Virus record (IMG/VR): IMGVR_UViG_3300023184_000047
Location: 34,057 to 98,056 of that record
Reading direction: 5' to 3' (one strand)
DNA: 64,000 bases
From: a virus
Taxonomy: Duplodnaviria; Heunggongvirae; Uroviricota; Caudoviricetes
The position numbers and the translations under genes are program-made. Of this stretch, positions 1 through 8,338 are shown in pieces (the first letter of the stretch is position 1; every line of letters starts with the position of its first letter). Under the pieces are notes generated by a model. That model was not told the origin of the DNA, did not search any database, and was given only the letters and a program-made list of their open reading frames with translations.

Positions 1-249
1 AGTTCGTATATTGGATCTTATAATTGTAGTAGTGAATATGAAATTACTATAAAAGATTTAGCTGAATTAATAGCAGAAATCTTAGAGTTTAAAGGTAATA
101 TTGTATATAATACGGATAAACCTGAAGGGCATCCAAGAAAAGGATTTTCTTGTGATAAATTAAAAAAAACCGGGTGGGGAGCATCAACTTCATTAAAAGA
201 AGGTATTCAATTAGCCTATAAATGGTATAAACAAACTTTAACTCAATAA
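1..249 (+). CDS. fcl: GDP-L-fucose synthase (GDP-4-keto-6-deoxymannose epimerase/reductase), C-terminal fragment
   Basis: Frame-1 translation ...NTDKPEGHPRKGFSCDKLKKTGWGASTSLKEGIQLAYKWYKQ* resembles the Fcl C-terminus (KPDGTPRKLLDV..LHQLGW...YQWF). It lies immediately upstream of gmd. Confidence 0.55.
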   Translation, partial: SSYIGSYNCSSEYEITIKDLAELIAEILEFKGNIVYNTDKPEGHPRKGFSCDKLKKTGWGASTSLKEGIQLAYKWYKQTLTQ

Positions 250-250
250 T

Positions 251-1126
251 ATGATAACATATACATTATCTACCTTTAACACATTAAACTACTTAAAACT
301 TGCAATTCATTCAGCTAGAGAAAATGGTTATTATAAAGACGCTCCATTTATTATACATGCTGAAAATTGTACTGATGGTACTGATGAATGGTTAGAAGAA
401 AATAAAGAAAGATATAATTTAGAAGTCTATATTGAAAAAAATGAAACCCCTCGAGGAATAGGTGGAGGAATGAATTTTTGCGCTAGTAAAGTTAAAACCA
501 AATACATTGGGTTTCTATCCTCGGACTTTTATATGTCTCGAAATTGGGATAAAGAATTAGTAGAATTGTGTGAAAATAACCCTCAAGATAAACTATGGAC
601 CTTTTGTTATAGAGTAGAACCAGATATTTTTAATGATCCACATAGCAGACCCGGAGTTATTAAAGTATCAGAAGATACTTTTGGAGAATATTATCATAAC
701 TTTAAAGCTGATTTGTTTGAAGAATGGGCTGATGAATTTACCACATTAAATGATATCCAATACAATCTACCTCAGGGAGTAAGTGGTGTGATCAAAAAAG
801 AAGATTGGGACTATATAGGAGGTAATGATGATAGATTTGCTCCAATGTATTGGGAAGATGCTGATATATTTACTAGGATGTTAAATGAAGGTTTTAAATT
901 TATTACAACAAGTAAAACATTATTATATCATTTTGCCTCCAGAACTAGCAGATTCCCAGATGATAATTTAAAACAAAGACCAGCTCATTTAGCCGAGTAT
1001 GAGCAAAGAAGTTTACGTAGATTTATAGAAAAGTATGGGAAATTACCACAACATGGTCCTTTAGGAGAATATTATCCTATGCCTATTGTAGATGGTTCAC
1101 CAAATAGAATAAACCAAAATAACTAA
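251..1126 (+). CDS. putative glycosyltransferase (hypothetical)
   Basis: 291-aa ORF between fcl and gmd. Only weak GT-A-like N-terminal features; context-based call. Confidence 0.3.
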   Translation: MITYTLSTFNTLNYLKLAIHSARENGYYKDAPFIIHAENCTDGTDEWLEENKERYNLEVYIEKNETPRGIGGGMNFCASKVKTKYIGFLSSDFYMSRNWDKELVELCENNPQDKLWTFCYRVEPDIFNDPHSRPGVIKVSEDTFGEYYHNFKADLFEEWADEFTTLNDIQYNLPQGVSGVIKKEDWDYIGGNDDRFAPMYWEDADIFTRMLNEGFKFITTSKTLLYHFASRTSRFPDDNLKQRPAHLAEYEQRSLRRFIEKYGKLPQHGPLGEYYPMPIVDGSPNRINQNN

Positions 1127-1127
1127 T

Positions 1128-2096
1128 ATGAGTAAAACAGCATTAATAACCGGGATAAACGGAATGGATGGAAGTCACTTAGCAGATTTCCTATTAGAAA
1201 AAGGATATATTGTTTACGGTTTGGAGAGACGCAGCTCAGGTGAAACTAGAGCAAATATTCTTCACCTTCAAGATAGAATAAAATTCATCAAAGGAGACTT
1301 AACAGACCAAAATTCATTGCTTCGAGCTCTTAAAGAATCTCAGCCAGATGAAGTATATAACTTAGCTGCTCAATCCTTTGTAGGTGAAAGTTGGAATACA
1401 CCTGAACAAACTAGTGATGTAACAGGATTAGGAGTACTTAGGATGCTAGAAGCCATTCGTGAATACGGCTCAGATAAAATCAAATTTTATCAAGCATCAT
1501 CTTCAGAAATGTTTGGACGTATGGTTGAAAACCCAGCAAATGAAAACACCCCATTTTATCCTCGTTCACCTTATGGTGTTGCTAAATTATATGGACATTG
1601 GATAACCAAAAACTACAGAGAATCTTATAATATGTTTGCCTGCTCAGGTATATTATTTAACCATGAATCCGAAAGACGTGGTTTGGAATTTGTAACTAGA
1701 AAAATAACTAATGGTGTAGCTAAAATACATTTAGAATTAGCAGATCACATTTCATTAGGTAATTTAGATGCTCAACGTGACTGGGGATATGCTCCTGATT
1801 ATGTTGAAGCAATGTGGTTAATGTTACAGCAAGATACTCCTGATGACTATGTTATTGCTACTAATTGTACTTATTCTATTAAAGATTTCTTAGATGAAGC
1901 CTTTATAGCAATTGGGATTGCAGATTGGGAACCATATGTTAAAATAGATCCCAAATTTATCCGCCCAGCTGAAGTTGATATTCTTAGGGGAAATTGTACA
2001 AAAGCAGAACAAAATTTAAGATGGGCACCCAAAACTAGTTTTAAAGAAATGGTACACTTAATGGTACAAAATGATATAAAATTATTAAGTAAATGA
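1128..2096 (+). CDS. gmd: GDP-mannose 4,6-dehydratase
   Basis: N-terminus ALITGINGMDGSHLADFLLEKGYIVYGLERRSS matches the GMD Rossmann motif [25 protein letters not shown].RRSS. Short-chain dehydrogenase YxxxK present (YGVAKLYGHW). Length 322 aa. Confidence 0.85.
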   Translation: MSKTALITGINGMDGSHLADFLLEKGYIVYGLERRSSGETRANILHLQDRIKFIKGDLTDQNSLLRALKESQPDEVYNLAAQSFVGESWNTPEQTSDVTGLGVLRMLEAIREYGSDKIKFYQASSSEMFGRMVENPANENTPFYPRSPYGVAKLYGHWITKNYRESYNMFACSGILFNHESERRGLEFVTRKITNGVAKIHLELADHISLGNLDAQRDWGYAPDYVEAMWLMLQQDTPDDYVIATNCTYSIKDFLDEAFIAIGIADWEPYVKIDPKFIRPAEVDILRGNCTKAEQNLRWAPKTSFKEMVHLMVQNDIKLLSK

Positions 2097-3145
2097 TATC
2101 ACTAATAATACCTGTTACAACATCTAATTTAAACTATACAAATAATATAGTTCGTAATATTAGAGATTTATACCCTAATGAAGAAGAAGTTGAAATTATT
2201 CTAGAAACTAACGATAATGTCAGTTTGGGAATTAATTACAATAACGCTGTTGCTCGTGCTAAAGGTGAAAAAATAATATTATTACATAACGATATGGTTT
2301 TATCTAAAGGTTTTATAGAAACCATGGATAAACATATAAGTAAACGCACAATAACGACGTATACTCGCATAGAACCTCCCATTTACCCAGATATATATCC
2401 TGGTAAAGTTATTAAAGATTGTGGCTCGGACTTAGGTACATTTGATGAAAACCTATTTAATCAAATTCAATTAGAAGAAAGTTTAATCGATGGGGGTTCT
2501 CAATTATTCTTTGGATGTTATAAAGAAGATTATATTGGGATTGATGGGTATACATTTAAAAAATTTTGTGAAGATGATGATCTTCACTTAAGATATCAAC
2601 TAGCCGGATTCGAACATAAAGTAAGTTCAGCTTATGTTTATCATTTTGTAAGCAAAACATCACGTGTAGGAGACTATAATCATATAGAAAAAAATTCAAA
2701 TCGTGATTTTATTCGTAAATGGGGTTCAAGAAAACCATCTGTAAAATATAATATTGCTTATGTTGTTAAAAATTGTCAATTACCTGTTTTAGATACCTTT
2801 GAATTATTTTGTGATAGAATATATGTAAATGAACGATTATCTATTGGTAGATTGTGGGATTACGTTGAATTAGAACAGGAAAATACTTCATTTGATCTAT
2901 CAAAGAGAGTATATACTATAGAACATAATGATCCAATACTAGAAAACGATATTGTAGTTGAATTTGATTATCTAAAATTTTCTCCTGAAGCTTGGGAAAT
3001 ATTACAACAATTACCTAATATAATTAAAGAAAATGGTGAAGTAGGTACATTTGAGTTGGATATATTTACAATTACTATTAATTCACTGCCTGAATACCAA
3101 AACGATTTAATATTTATATCAAAACAACATAATGAAACCAGTTAG
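2093..3145 (+). CDS. family-2-like glycosyltransferase
   Basis: N-terminal IIPVTTSN...EIILETNDN...ILLHNDMVL pattern is typical of a GT-A fold. Start overlaps the gmd stop (ATGA). Ends with TAG. Confidence 0.45.
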   Translation: MISLIIPVTTSNLNYTNNIVRNIRDLYPNEEEVEIILETNDNVSLGINYNNAVARAKGEKIILLHNDMVLSKGFIETMDKHISKRTITTYTRIEPPIYPDIYPGKVIKDCGSDLGTFDENLFNQIQLEESLIDGGSQLFFGCYKEDYIGIDGYTFKKFCEDDDLHLRYQLAGFEHKVSSAYVYHFVSKTSRVGDYNHIEKNSNRDFIRKWGSRKPSVKYNIAYVVKNCQLPVLDTFELFCDRIYVNERLSIGRLWDYVELEQENTSFDLSKRVYTIEHNDPILENDIVVEFDYLKFSPEAWEILQQLPNIIKENGEVGTFELDIFTITINSLPEYQNDLIFISKQHNETS

Positions 3146-3542
3146 TATATTAGAAGAATTACAATTATTTCTTGAAGCTGAAGGAGCAGCCGACATCACA
3201 CCAGAAGATGCTGCTATAGAATCAGATATGGAAAATCCTAAAACACCTAAATTAAAATTAGATGTAAACCCAAACCCAACTAAAAAAGGTATTAAAGTAC
3301 AATTTATATTACCTAGAGGGTATTCTACAAACCAAAAAGAAGATTTAACTCAAAAATTAAAAACTAAATTAAATGCTGGATTAGCTCCTCATATGTTAAG
3401 TGTAGATGTTGATTTAGATGTTCCTTATGAAAATGTAATTGGATTTTTAATTAGACTAAGCAATATCAAAATGCTAGTTAAATCTGCTCTAGAAGGCGGA
3501 ACAACATCTCCAAATACAGGAGAAAACATACCTCAAGTATAA
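3132..3542 (+). CDS. hypothetical protein
   Basis: ORF co-oriented with neighbours; overlapping start typical of operon packing. Confidence 0.4.
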   Translation: MKPVSILEELQLFLEAEGAADITPEDAAIESDMENPKTPKLKLDVNPNPTKKGIKVQFILPRGYSTNQKEDLTQKLKTKLNAGLAPHMLSVDVDLDVPYENVIGFLIRLSNIKMLVKSALEGGTTSPNTGENIPQV

Positions 3543-3558
3543 TATAAATAAATCAGTT

Positions 3559-3987
3559 ATGGAAGAACAAGACCCACTCAAAAACCTCCAGGCCCAGATG
3601 AAAAAATTAATTGGGACTGAGAGTACTGTTAAGCGTCGTAAAAAAACTAAAGAAGAGGCACAACATGAGATGTTTTTAACTACTATATCGTTATTAGAAC
3701 ATATCCTCAATCGAGGTATAATGTTAGAAAGCGATTATGGTTTTAATACTATTAAATATGATGAACCTTTTTACCAAATTATTGATAGCTTAATATACCT
3801 GCACTTTGATGAAGATGCAGCTGATTTAATCATGTTTTATCTGTATGAGCGAATAAATCCTGATGGAACGCTAAATCCTATTATTGATATAACAGGAGCG
3901 GAAGTTTCTTTGGAGGACGCAGAAGACCTTTGGATATTGGTACAACAAATAACAGAAGAAAACAAAAAACCTGATGCCAGCAGCTAA
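3559..3987 (+). CDS. hypothetical protein
   Basis: ORF, co-oriented, tight spacing. Confidence 0.4.
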   Translation: MEEQDPLKNLQAQMKKLIGTESTVKRRKKTKEEAQHEMFLTTISLLEHILNRGIMLESDYGFNTIKYDEPFYQIIDSLIYLHFDEDAADLIMFYLYERINPDGTLNPIIDITGAEVSLEDAEDLWILVQQITEENKKPDASS

Positions 3988-4630
3988 ACCATTAAGCAAA
4001 GAGGATATATTGCGAGCAATGCGATTTACAAAATCAAATCGTGCGGCCGCCCGTTATTTAGGAGTATCTTACCAACATTATAAACCTTGGGCTAAACAAT
4101 ATAAAATAAATGATGGGGATATAGATACTCCAACATTGTTTGATATTCATAAAAACCAATCAGGTAAAGGTATTCCTAAATTTCTTCCTAATAAACGAAA
4201 AGATCCTAATGTTAAGGGAATAGTTGAAACAGGAACAGGGTGGGAATCGTTTACACCTGAAAAAATTAAATCAAGACTAATAGCCGAGGCATATTTAAAA
4301 GATGAATGTTATCAATGCGGGTTTAATGAACGTAGAGTAACAGATTATAAAACTCCATTATTACTTCATTTTAAAGATGGGAATAAATGTAATTATCTAT
4401 TAGAAAATTTAGATCTTCAATGTTATAATTGCTATTTTCTATATGTAGCAGATCCCTTAACACCAGATCAAGTTAGACATATTGAAGATAACACCGAAGT
4501 AAAAGCAGTAGCTTATGAATGGGATTTAACTCCTGAACAAATAGTTGCTATAAAAGAATCAGGTTTATGGGATGAAGACGATGATGATGAAGATGAGCCC
4601 GGATCTGAATTTATATCTTATATAAAGTAA
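3974..4630 (+). CDS. hypothetical protein with Cys-rich motif and poly-acidic C-terminal tail
   Basis: CYQCGF...CNYL...CYNCYF cysteine cluster. C-terminus DEDDDDEDEPGSEF. Confidence 0.4.
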   Translation: MPAAKPLSKEDILRAMRFTKSNRAAARYLGVSYQHYKPWAKQYKINDGDIDTPTLFDIHKNQSGKGIPKFLPNKRKDPNVKGIVETGTGWESFTPEKIKSRLIAEAYLKDECYQCGFNERRVTDYKTPLLLHFKDGNKCNYLLENLDLQCYNCYFLYVADPLTPDQVRHIEDNTEVKAVAYEWDLTPEQIVAIKESGLWDEDDDDEDEPGSEFISYIK

Positions 4631-4657
4631 ATATTTATAAACAACCAAATAAAGATT

Positions 4658-4870
4658 ATGAACGAAAACAAGTATTACATCGTTAAAGTTGAATTTCAGT
4701 CAATTGACGATAAAGGAAAAACAAAAAGACAAAAATTAGATTATTTAGTAGATGCTGTATCTGTAACAGAAGCAGAAGTTAAAATAACTAGATGGTTAAC
4801 AGATAATGGTGAGCGTAATTTTGAGATCAAAGCAGCAATCGCCTCACCTATTGTAGAAGTAATAGAATAA
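4658..4870 (+). CDS. hypothetical protein
   Basis: ORF, co-oriented. Confidence 0.35.
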   Translation: MNENKYYIVKVEFQSIDDKGKTKRQKLDYLVDAVSVTEAEVKITRWLTDNGERNFEIKAAIASPIVEVIE

Positions 4871-5025
4871 TGAAAGAACCAGAAATTTGCCCAAATTGTG
4901 GAGCTGTATTATCATGTGGTTGTCAAAAAAGAGTAGCTAGTGATGGTTCCTTATGTTGCGATAATTGTATTCAAATCTATGAGCAACACCTTGTAGCAAT
5001 TAAAGTAATAACAACAAATGGCTAA
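4870..5025 (+). CDS. small Zn-ribbon protein (51 aa)
   Basis: Hand-translated MKEPEICPNCGAVLSCGCQKRVASDGSLCCDNCIQIYEQ... with CxxC...CxC...CxxC. Shorter than the ORF-track cutoff. Start overlaps the upstream stop (TAATG). Confidence 0.3.
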   Translation: MKEPEICPNCGAVLSCGCQKRVASDGSLCCDNCIQIYEQHLVAIKVITTNG

Positions 5026-5404
5026 AAAACATAATATATTTACTCCTTTACTTCTCCAAGTAGATAACCCCTCAGATATTTTTAATAACTACAGATTGGA
5101 ATTATCAAAGTCAGCAGTGGAGGCCGTATTGTATTGTGTTAATAATAAATTAACTAATATTGTATTTGTTGAAATCGAAACTGTGCCTTCGTTTTCAACT
5201 TTACAATTAAGAGTTGATCAACAATCTTTCCTAGATATTTTAGATAAAAATTTAGACACTTTAGAGAAATTTGAAGAATATGAATTGTGTGCTAAGATGG
5301 TAAAATTAAAAGAAAAAATTATTAAAGATCAAGCTAAAAAACCTCGTACTCAAAGAAAAAATAGATCTATAGACGATTTAATTAAGACTATAAAAGATCT
5401 ATAA
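5018..5404 (+). CDS. hypothetical protein
   Basis: ORF, co-oriented. Confidence 0.4.
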   Translation: MAKKHNIFTPLLLQVDNPSDIFNNYRLELSKSAVEAVLYCVNNKLTNIVFVEIETVPSFSTLQLRVDQQSFLDILDKNLDTLEKFEEYELCAKMVKLKEKIIKDQAKKPRTQRKNRSIDDLIKTIKDL

Positions 5405-5478
5405 AAAGACTTGGCTGTCTAAAATAAATTTCATACATTTATATTGTTGAATTACCGTTCGTAAAAACAAATAAAATT

Positions 5479-5757
5479 ATGGAACAATTATTAGCATTTA
5501 TTTTAGGGGTAGGTACAGCTCTCATAGTATGGGGAGTTGTGGTAGCGTTTAGAACAGCAAAGCAAGTAAAATTATTACAAGTAAATATAACTGATATTCA
5601 TCAAGTTATAAATCAAAATGAAGAAATGCTCAATCGTAGAATTGATCAGGAAATTAACAGAGTAGATGAAATCTACAGAGACTGCATCAGACATACAGAC
5701 TCTAGAGTAGATAAATTAGAATTAAAGATTACAACAAAAGAAATTTTAAAAGGATAA
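5479..5757 (+). CDS. small membrane protein
   Basis: N-terminal hydrophobic helix LLAFILGVGTALIVWGVVVAF. Flanked by an 11-bp inverted repeat (aattaccgttc / gaacggtaatt). Confidence 0.4.
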   Translation: MEQLLAFILGVGTALIVWGVVVAFRTAKQVKLLQVNITDIHQVINQNEEMLNRRIDQEINRVDEIYRDCIRHTDSRVDKLELKITTKEILKG

Positions 5758-5999
5758 ATTAAATAGAACGGTAATTTAATTTTTCCATAATTTATATATA
5801 TTTATAGACATAAAATAATAAAATGCAAGCACTTCAAAACATACATCAACAACTGAGCATAGCGTCAAGAGCCATTAGTCAATGGTCGGATTCGTTATGT
5901 GGGGATGTCATTGTAGGCTTTACGTATAATAACGAACCGAAAACAACTAAAACCGGGATATGATATAATTAAATTATAACATATAAATTCTAATAAGAA

Positions 6000-6030
6000 C
6001 CCGGATCAAAAAAGATTCGGGTTTTTTTTT
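6000..6030 (+). terminator. rho-independent terminator
   Basis: cccggatc-aaaaaa-gattcggg hairpin (one G.U pair) followed by a T9 run. Confidence 0.6.
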
Positions 6031-6058
6031 AAAATAAATTTGGATACCGTAAAAAGGA

Positions 6059-6078
6059 TTCGTATATTTAAGTATAAT
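6059..6078 (+). promoter_or_regulatory. class-A conserved promoter-like motif TTCGTATATTTAAGTATAAT (drives the tRNA array)
   Basis: Same about 20-nt motif recurs at 8874, 12469, 14369, 14801, 17193, 18049, 21224, 23775, 25802 and 31012. Each sits about 15-30 nt upstream of a gene start and often just after a terminator. Confidence 0.5.
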
Positions 6079-6235
6079 AAAAAGGGGGAGTGGTAAATGG
6101 TAAAGCGCTCAAGGCATTGAGAGATGAGGTTCGAATCCTCCAAGTAGCAGGCATGTGAAAAAATATGGTATTATTGCAGGTTCGAATCCTGTCTGCCCCA
6201 CAACAAGAGTTCATTGACATATTGGATAAGATTAA

Positions 6236-6329
6236 GGAGGATTAAGCCGAAAGATTCTGGGTACCGGCAGCGCACTTGAAATGCGTCGATCATTAAAATG
6301 GTGTATGGGTTCGAATCCTATATCCTCCG
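6236..6329 (+). tRNA. tRNA-Ser(TGA), type II
   Basis: Acceptor ggaggat/atcctcc perfect. Anticodon stem gcgca/tgcgt with loop cTTGAaa. Long variable arm. T-arm atggg-TTCGAAT-cctat. Confidence 0.65.
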
Positions 6330-6335
6330 CAACAT

Positions 6336-6407
6336 TGGCTTATAGTGTAATGGTTAGCACAAAACACTTTGACTGTTTTAGTCTAGGTTCGAGTCCTAGT
6401 AAGCCAA
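6336..6407 (+). tRNA. tRNA-Gln(TTG)
   Basis: Acceptor tggctta/taagcca. D-stem gtgt/gcac. Anticodon stem aaaca/tgttt with loop cTTTGac. T-arm ctagg-TTCGAGT-cctag. Confidence 0.75.
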
Positions 6408-6416
6408 CTTTAATTT

Positions 6417-6490
6417 CTAGTAGCGAAGCCCGGTTTCATGCCTCACTTGGACTGAGGAGTACGTAGGTTCGAATCCTGCCTATTAGACCA
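6417..6490 (+). tRNA. tRNA-Pro(TGG), CCA encoded
   Basis: Anticodon stem cctca/tgagg with loop cTTGGac. T-arm gtagg-TTCGAAT-cctgc. Acceptor ctagtag/ctattag, then A and CCA. D-arm irregular. Confidence 0.5.
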
Positions 6491-6548
6491 CCACAAATAG
6501 AGCCGACGGCCGTGTAAAGGTGCCGCCTATCGTGAATTTCGGCAATAT

Positions 6549-6621
6549 TCCCTTGAAGCTCATGTGGACGGGCACTCCGCTTTTAACGGAGGGGTAGATG
6601 GTTCGAGGCCATCCGGGGGAA
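6549..6621 (+). tRNA. tRNA-Lys(TTT)
   Basis: Acceptor tcccttg/cggggga (two G.U). D-stem gctc/gggc. Anticodon stem ctccg/cggag with loop cTTTTaa. T-arm gatgg-TTCGAGG-ccatc. Confidence 0.7.
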
Positions 6622-6680
6622 CAAACACAGTTTACTTCGGCAACGTTCTGTATGGTGCACATAAAAATCGGAGCCGACCA

Positions 6681-6751
6681 GCCTCGATGGCGTAATGGAA
6701 GCGTATTTGTTTTACATGCAAATGGCAGTGGTTCGATTCCACTTCGAGGTA
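6681..6751 (+). tRNA. tRNA-Val(TAC)
   Basis: Acceptor gcctcga/tcgaggt. Anticodon stem tttgt/gcaaa with loop tTTACat. T-arm agtgg-TTCGATT-ccact. Confidence 0.7.
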
Positions 6752-6759
6752 CAAAAATT

Positions 6760-6840
6760 GGGTAGCAAAAGTCGTTCGGATACGGCAGCCAGACTGTAAA
6801 TTTGGTCCTCACGGGAGTGGTTCGAGTCCACTGCTGCCCA
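6760..6840 (+). tRNA. tRNA-Tyr(GTA), long variable arm
   Basis: Acceptor gggtagc/gctgccc. Anticodon stem ccaga/tttgg with loop cTGTAaa. Variable stem-loop tcc-tcacg-gga. T-arm agtgg-TTCGAGT-ccact. Confidence 0.6.
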
Positions 6841-6943
6841 CAAAGTGTTGACTTCAGGTTCCCAGTAGGGAAGTACACTTAAATAAAACAAGCACGGGGA
6901 AAGTGTCGACTTAAGAAACGGCAAGTACCAACGAAGGGAGTAC

Positions 6944-7016
6944 GGGTCTTTTGTATAGCTGGTGCGTACGCTAGTCTGAAGAACTAGAGGAGCAGGTTCG
7001 ATTCCTGTAGGACCCA
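6944..7016 (+). tRNA. tRNA-Phe(GAA)
   Basis: Acceptor gggtctt/aggaccc. Anticodon stem ctagt/actag with loop cTGAAga. T-arm gcagg-TTCGATT-cctgt. Confidence 0.75.
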
Positions 7017-7029
7017 CTGTATTAACCTT

Positions 7030-7101
7030 GGACTTGTAGCTCAGAGGAAGAGCGTTTGCCTGTTAAGCAAAGGGTCGGGATTTCGAAATTCCCCAAGTCC
7101 G
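7030..7101 (+). tRNA. tRNA-Asn(GTT)
   Basis: Acceptor ggacttg/caagtcc perfect. D-arm tagctcagaggaagagc. Anticodon loop cTGTTaa. Confidence 0.75.
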
Positions 7102-7110
7102 CAATAAATT

Positions 7111-7182
7111 GCTCCTATAGTAGAATGGTTAGCACACATCTCTGATAAGGATGAAATGGAGGTTCAATTCCTTCTAGGAGTA
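7111..7182 (+). tRNA. tRNA-Ile(GAT)
   Basis: Acceptor gctccta/taggagt. Anticodon stem catct/ggatg with loop cTGATaa. T-arm ggagg-TTCAATT-ccttc. Confidence 0.65.
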
Positions 7183-7240
7183 CAAAGTAGAATAAGCTAG
7201 TGTTGGGCCTACAGGAATGATATCTTCCACAACACTCTTT

Positions 7241-7327
7241 GGAGAATAGTCTAATATTGGTTCGTAGTGGCATCCTGCTAAGATGTTCCTGGTAAAACAG
7301 GTGAGAGTTCGATTCTCTTGTTCTCCG
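7241..7327 (+). tRNA. tRNA-Ser(GCT), type II
   Basis: Acceptor ggagaat/gttctcc. Anticodon stem gcatc/gatgt with loop cTGCTaa. Variable arm cctg-gtaaaa-cagg. T-arm gagag-TTCGATT-ctctt. Length 87 nt. Confidence 0.7.
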
Positions 7328-7463
7328 CAAAAAAACCTCCTCACCGTCCTCACAACGCATCTAAGGAATGCAGGAGATGAAAGTACGAACGGGGCACTAG
7401 TGGTAGGACACTTGATCAAAAAATCTATAGTACAACGATAGGGTAAGAGGTTCCCTATCAACT

Positions 7464-7532
7464 ACCGAGTGAGCTTGGGATCAAGGATGGCTCATATCCG
7501 CCCTTAGGTTGGTTCGAATCCAACACTCGGTA
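7464..7532 (+). tRNA. tRNA-Met(CAT) copy 1 (Met, fMet or Ile-lysidine type)
   Basis: Acceptor accgagt/actcggt perfect. Anticodon loop cTCATat. T-arm gttgg-TTCGAAT-ccaac. Compressed D-arm, 69 nt. Confidence 0.5.
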
Positions 7533-7603
7533 CAAAATTAGAAAATGAAGATTAAACCAAACTCATGCCGGATGAGCTTCTTATTGGTTGTCTAATTTTA
7601 CAT

Positions 7604-7677
7604 GGTGATTGTAGCTGAATTGGTAAAGCGTCTGATTGTGGTTCAGGAGATTGTGGGTTCGAGTCCCATCTTTCACA
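7604..7677 (+). tRNA. tRNA-His(GTG) with extra 5' G(-1)
   Basis: Anticodon stem tctga/tcagg with loop tTGTGgt. T-arm gtggg-TTCGAGT-cccat. A G precedes the acceptor, as in His tRNAs. Acceptor gtgattg/ctttcac has two T.T mismatches. Confidence 0.5.
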
Positions 7678-7684
7678 CAAACAC

Positions 7685-7763
7685 ATCCCTGTGGTGAAAT
7701 GGTAAACACGTTTGGTTTAAGCCCAAATGCCTAGGCTTGCTGGTTCGACTCCAGTCAGGGATA
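7685..7763 (+). tRNA. tRNA-Leu(TAA), type II
   Basis: Acceptor atccctg/cagggat perfect. Anticodon stem tttgg/ccaaa with loop tTTAAgc. Variable arm about 11 nt. T-arm gctgg-TTCGACT-ccagt. Confidence 0.7.
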
Positions 7764-7768
7764 CAATT

Positions 7769-7840
7769 GGTCTTATAGTTTAATTGGAAAAACTTATCGC
7801 TACGAACGATAGAACAAAGGTTCGATCCCTTTTAAGACCT
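7769..7840 (+). tRNA. tRNA-Arg(ACG)
   Basis: Acceptor ggtctta/taagacc perfect. D-stem gttt/aaac. Anticodon stem tatcg/cgata with loop cTACGaa. T-arm aaagg-TTCGATC-ccttt. Confidence 0.8.
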
Positions 7841-7845
7841 CAACT

Positions 7846-7917
7846 GCCCTATTAGTTAAACGGATATAACAAATCTCTTCTAAAGATTAATTCTAGGTTC
7901 GATTCCTGGATGGGGTA
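7846..7917 (+). tRNA. tRNA-Arg(TCT)
   Basis: Acceptor gccctat/atggggt. D-stem gtta/taac. Anticodon stem aatct/agatt with loop cTTCTaa. T-arm ctagg-TTCGATT-cctgg. Confidence 0.75.
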
Positions 7918-8015
7918 CAAAAAAATCGTATACCAAAGTTTCCCGTTTAGGATGCAGCTTTAGAGTATTAAGGTGAATAGGCCATTCACAGTAGGTTTAG
8001 CGATATCCTGCAAAT

Positions 8016-8086
8016 GCGTCAGTGGTGCAATGGTAGCATACCGGTCTCCAAAACCGACGATGAGGGTTCGACTCCCTCCTGGCGTG
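8016..8086 (+). tRNA. tRNA-Trp(CCA)
   Basis: Acceptor gcgtcag/ctggcgt. D-stem gtgc/gcat. Anticodon loop cTCCAaa. T-arm gaggg-TTCGACT-ccctc. Confidence 0.65.
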
Positions 8087-8338
8087 CTAAATTATTAATT
8101 ATGAAAAAGAAATTCGATATGCATTAAGTTTATTAACTTAAAATGCATAAAAATGAGAATCAAAAACTATACCAACAAAGAGTATAAGTTAGAAAAAAGA
8201 AAAGAGTATTCAGAATGGGATACCTGGTTTGAAGACTATTGGAGTAAAAAATCCAATATATGGGCCTTCAAGTATAGAGAATACCGTACCTGGAAGTACA
8301 ACAGAAAAACACAATACAAACCTTTAAAATAAGTTATC

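Noticed and set aside
6483-7461. Minus-strand ORFs 6483..6878, 6712..7017, 7115..7360 and 7174..7461, and plus-strand ORF 6281..6466
   Set aside because: They lie entirely over the tRNA array. They are open only because tRNA genes are GC-richer and lack AT-rich stop codons. No start context is present.
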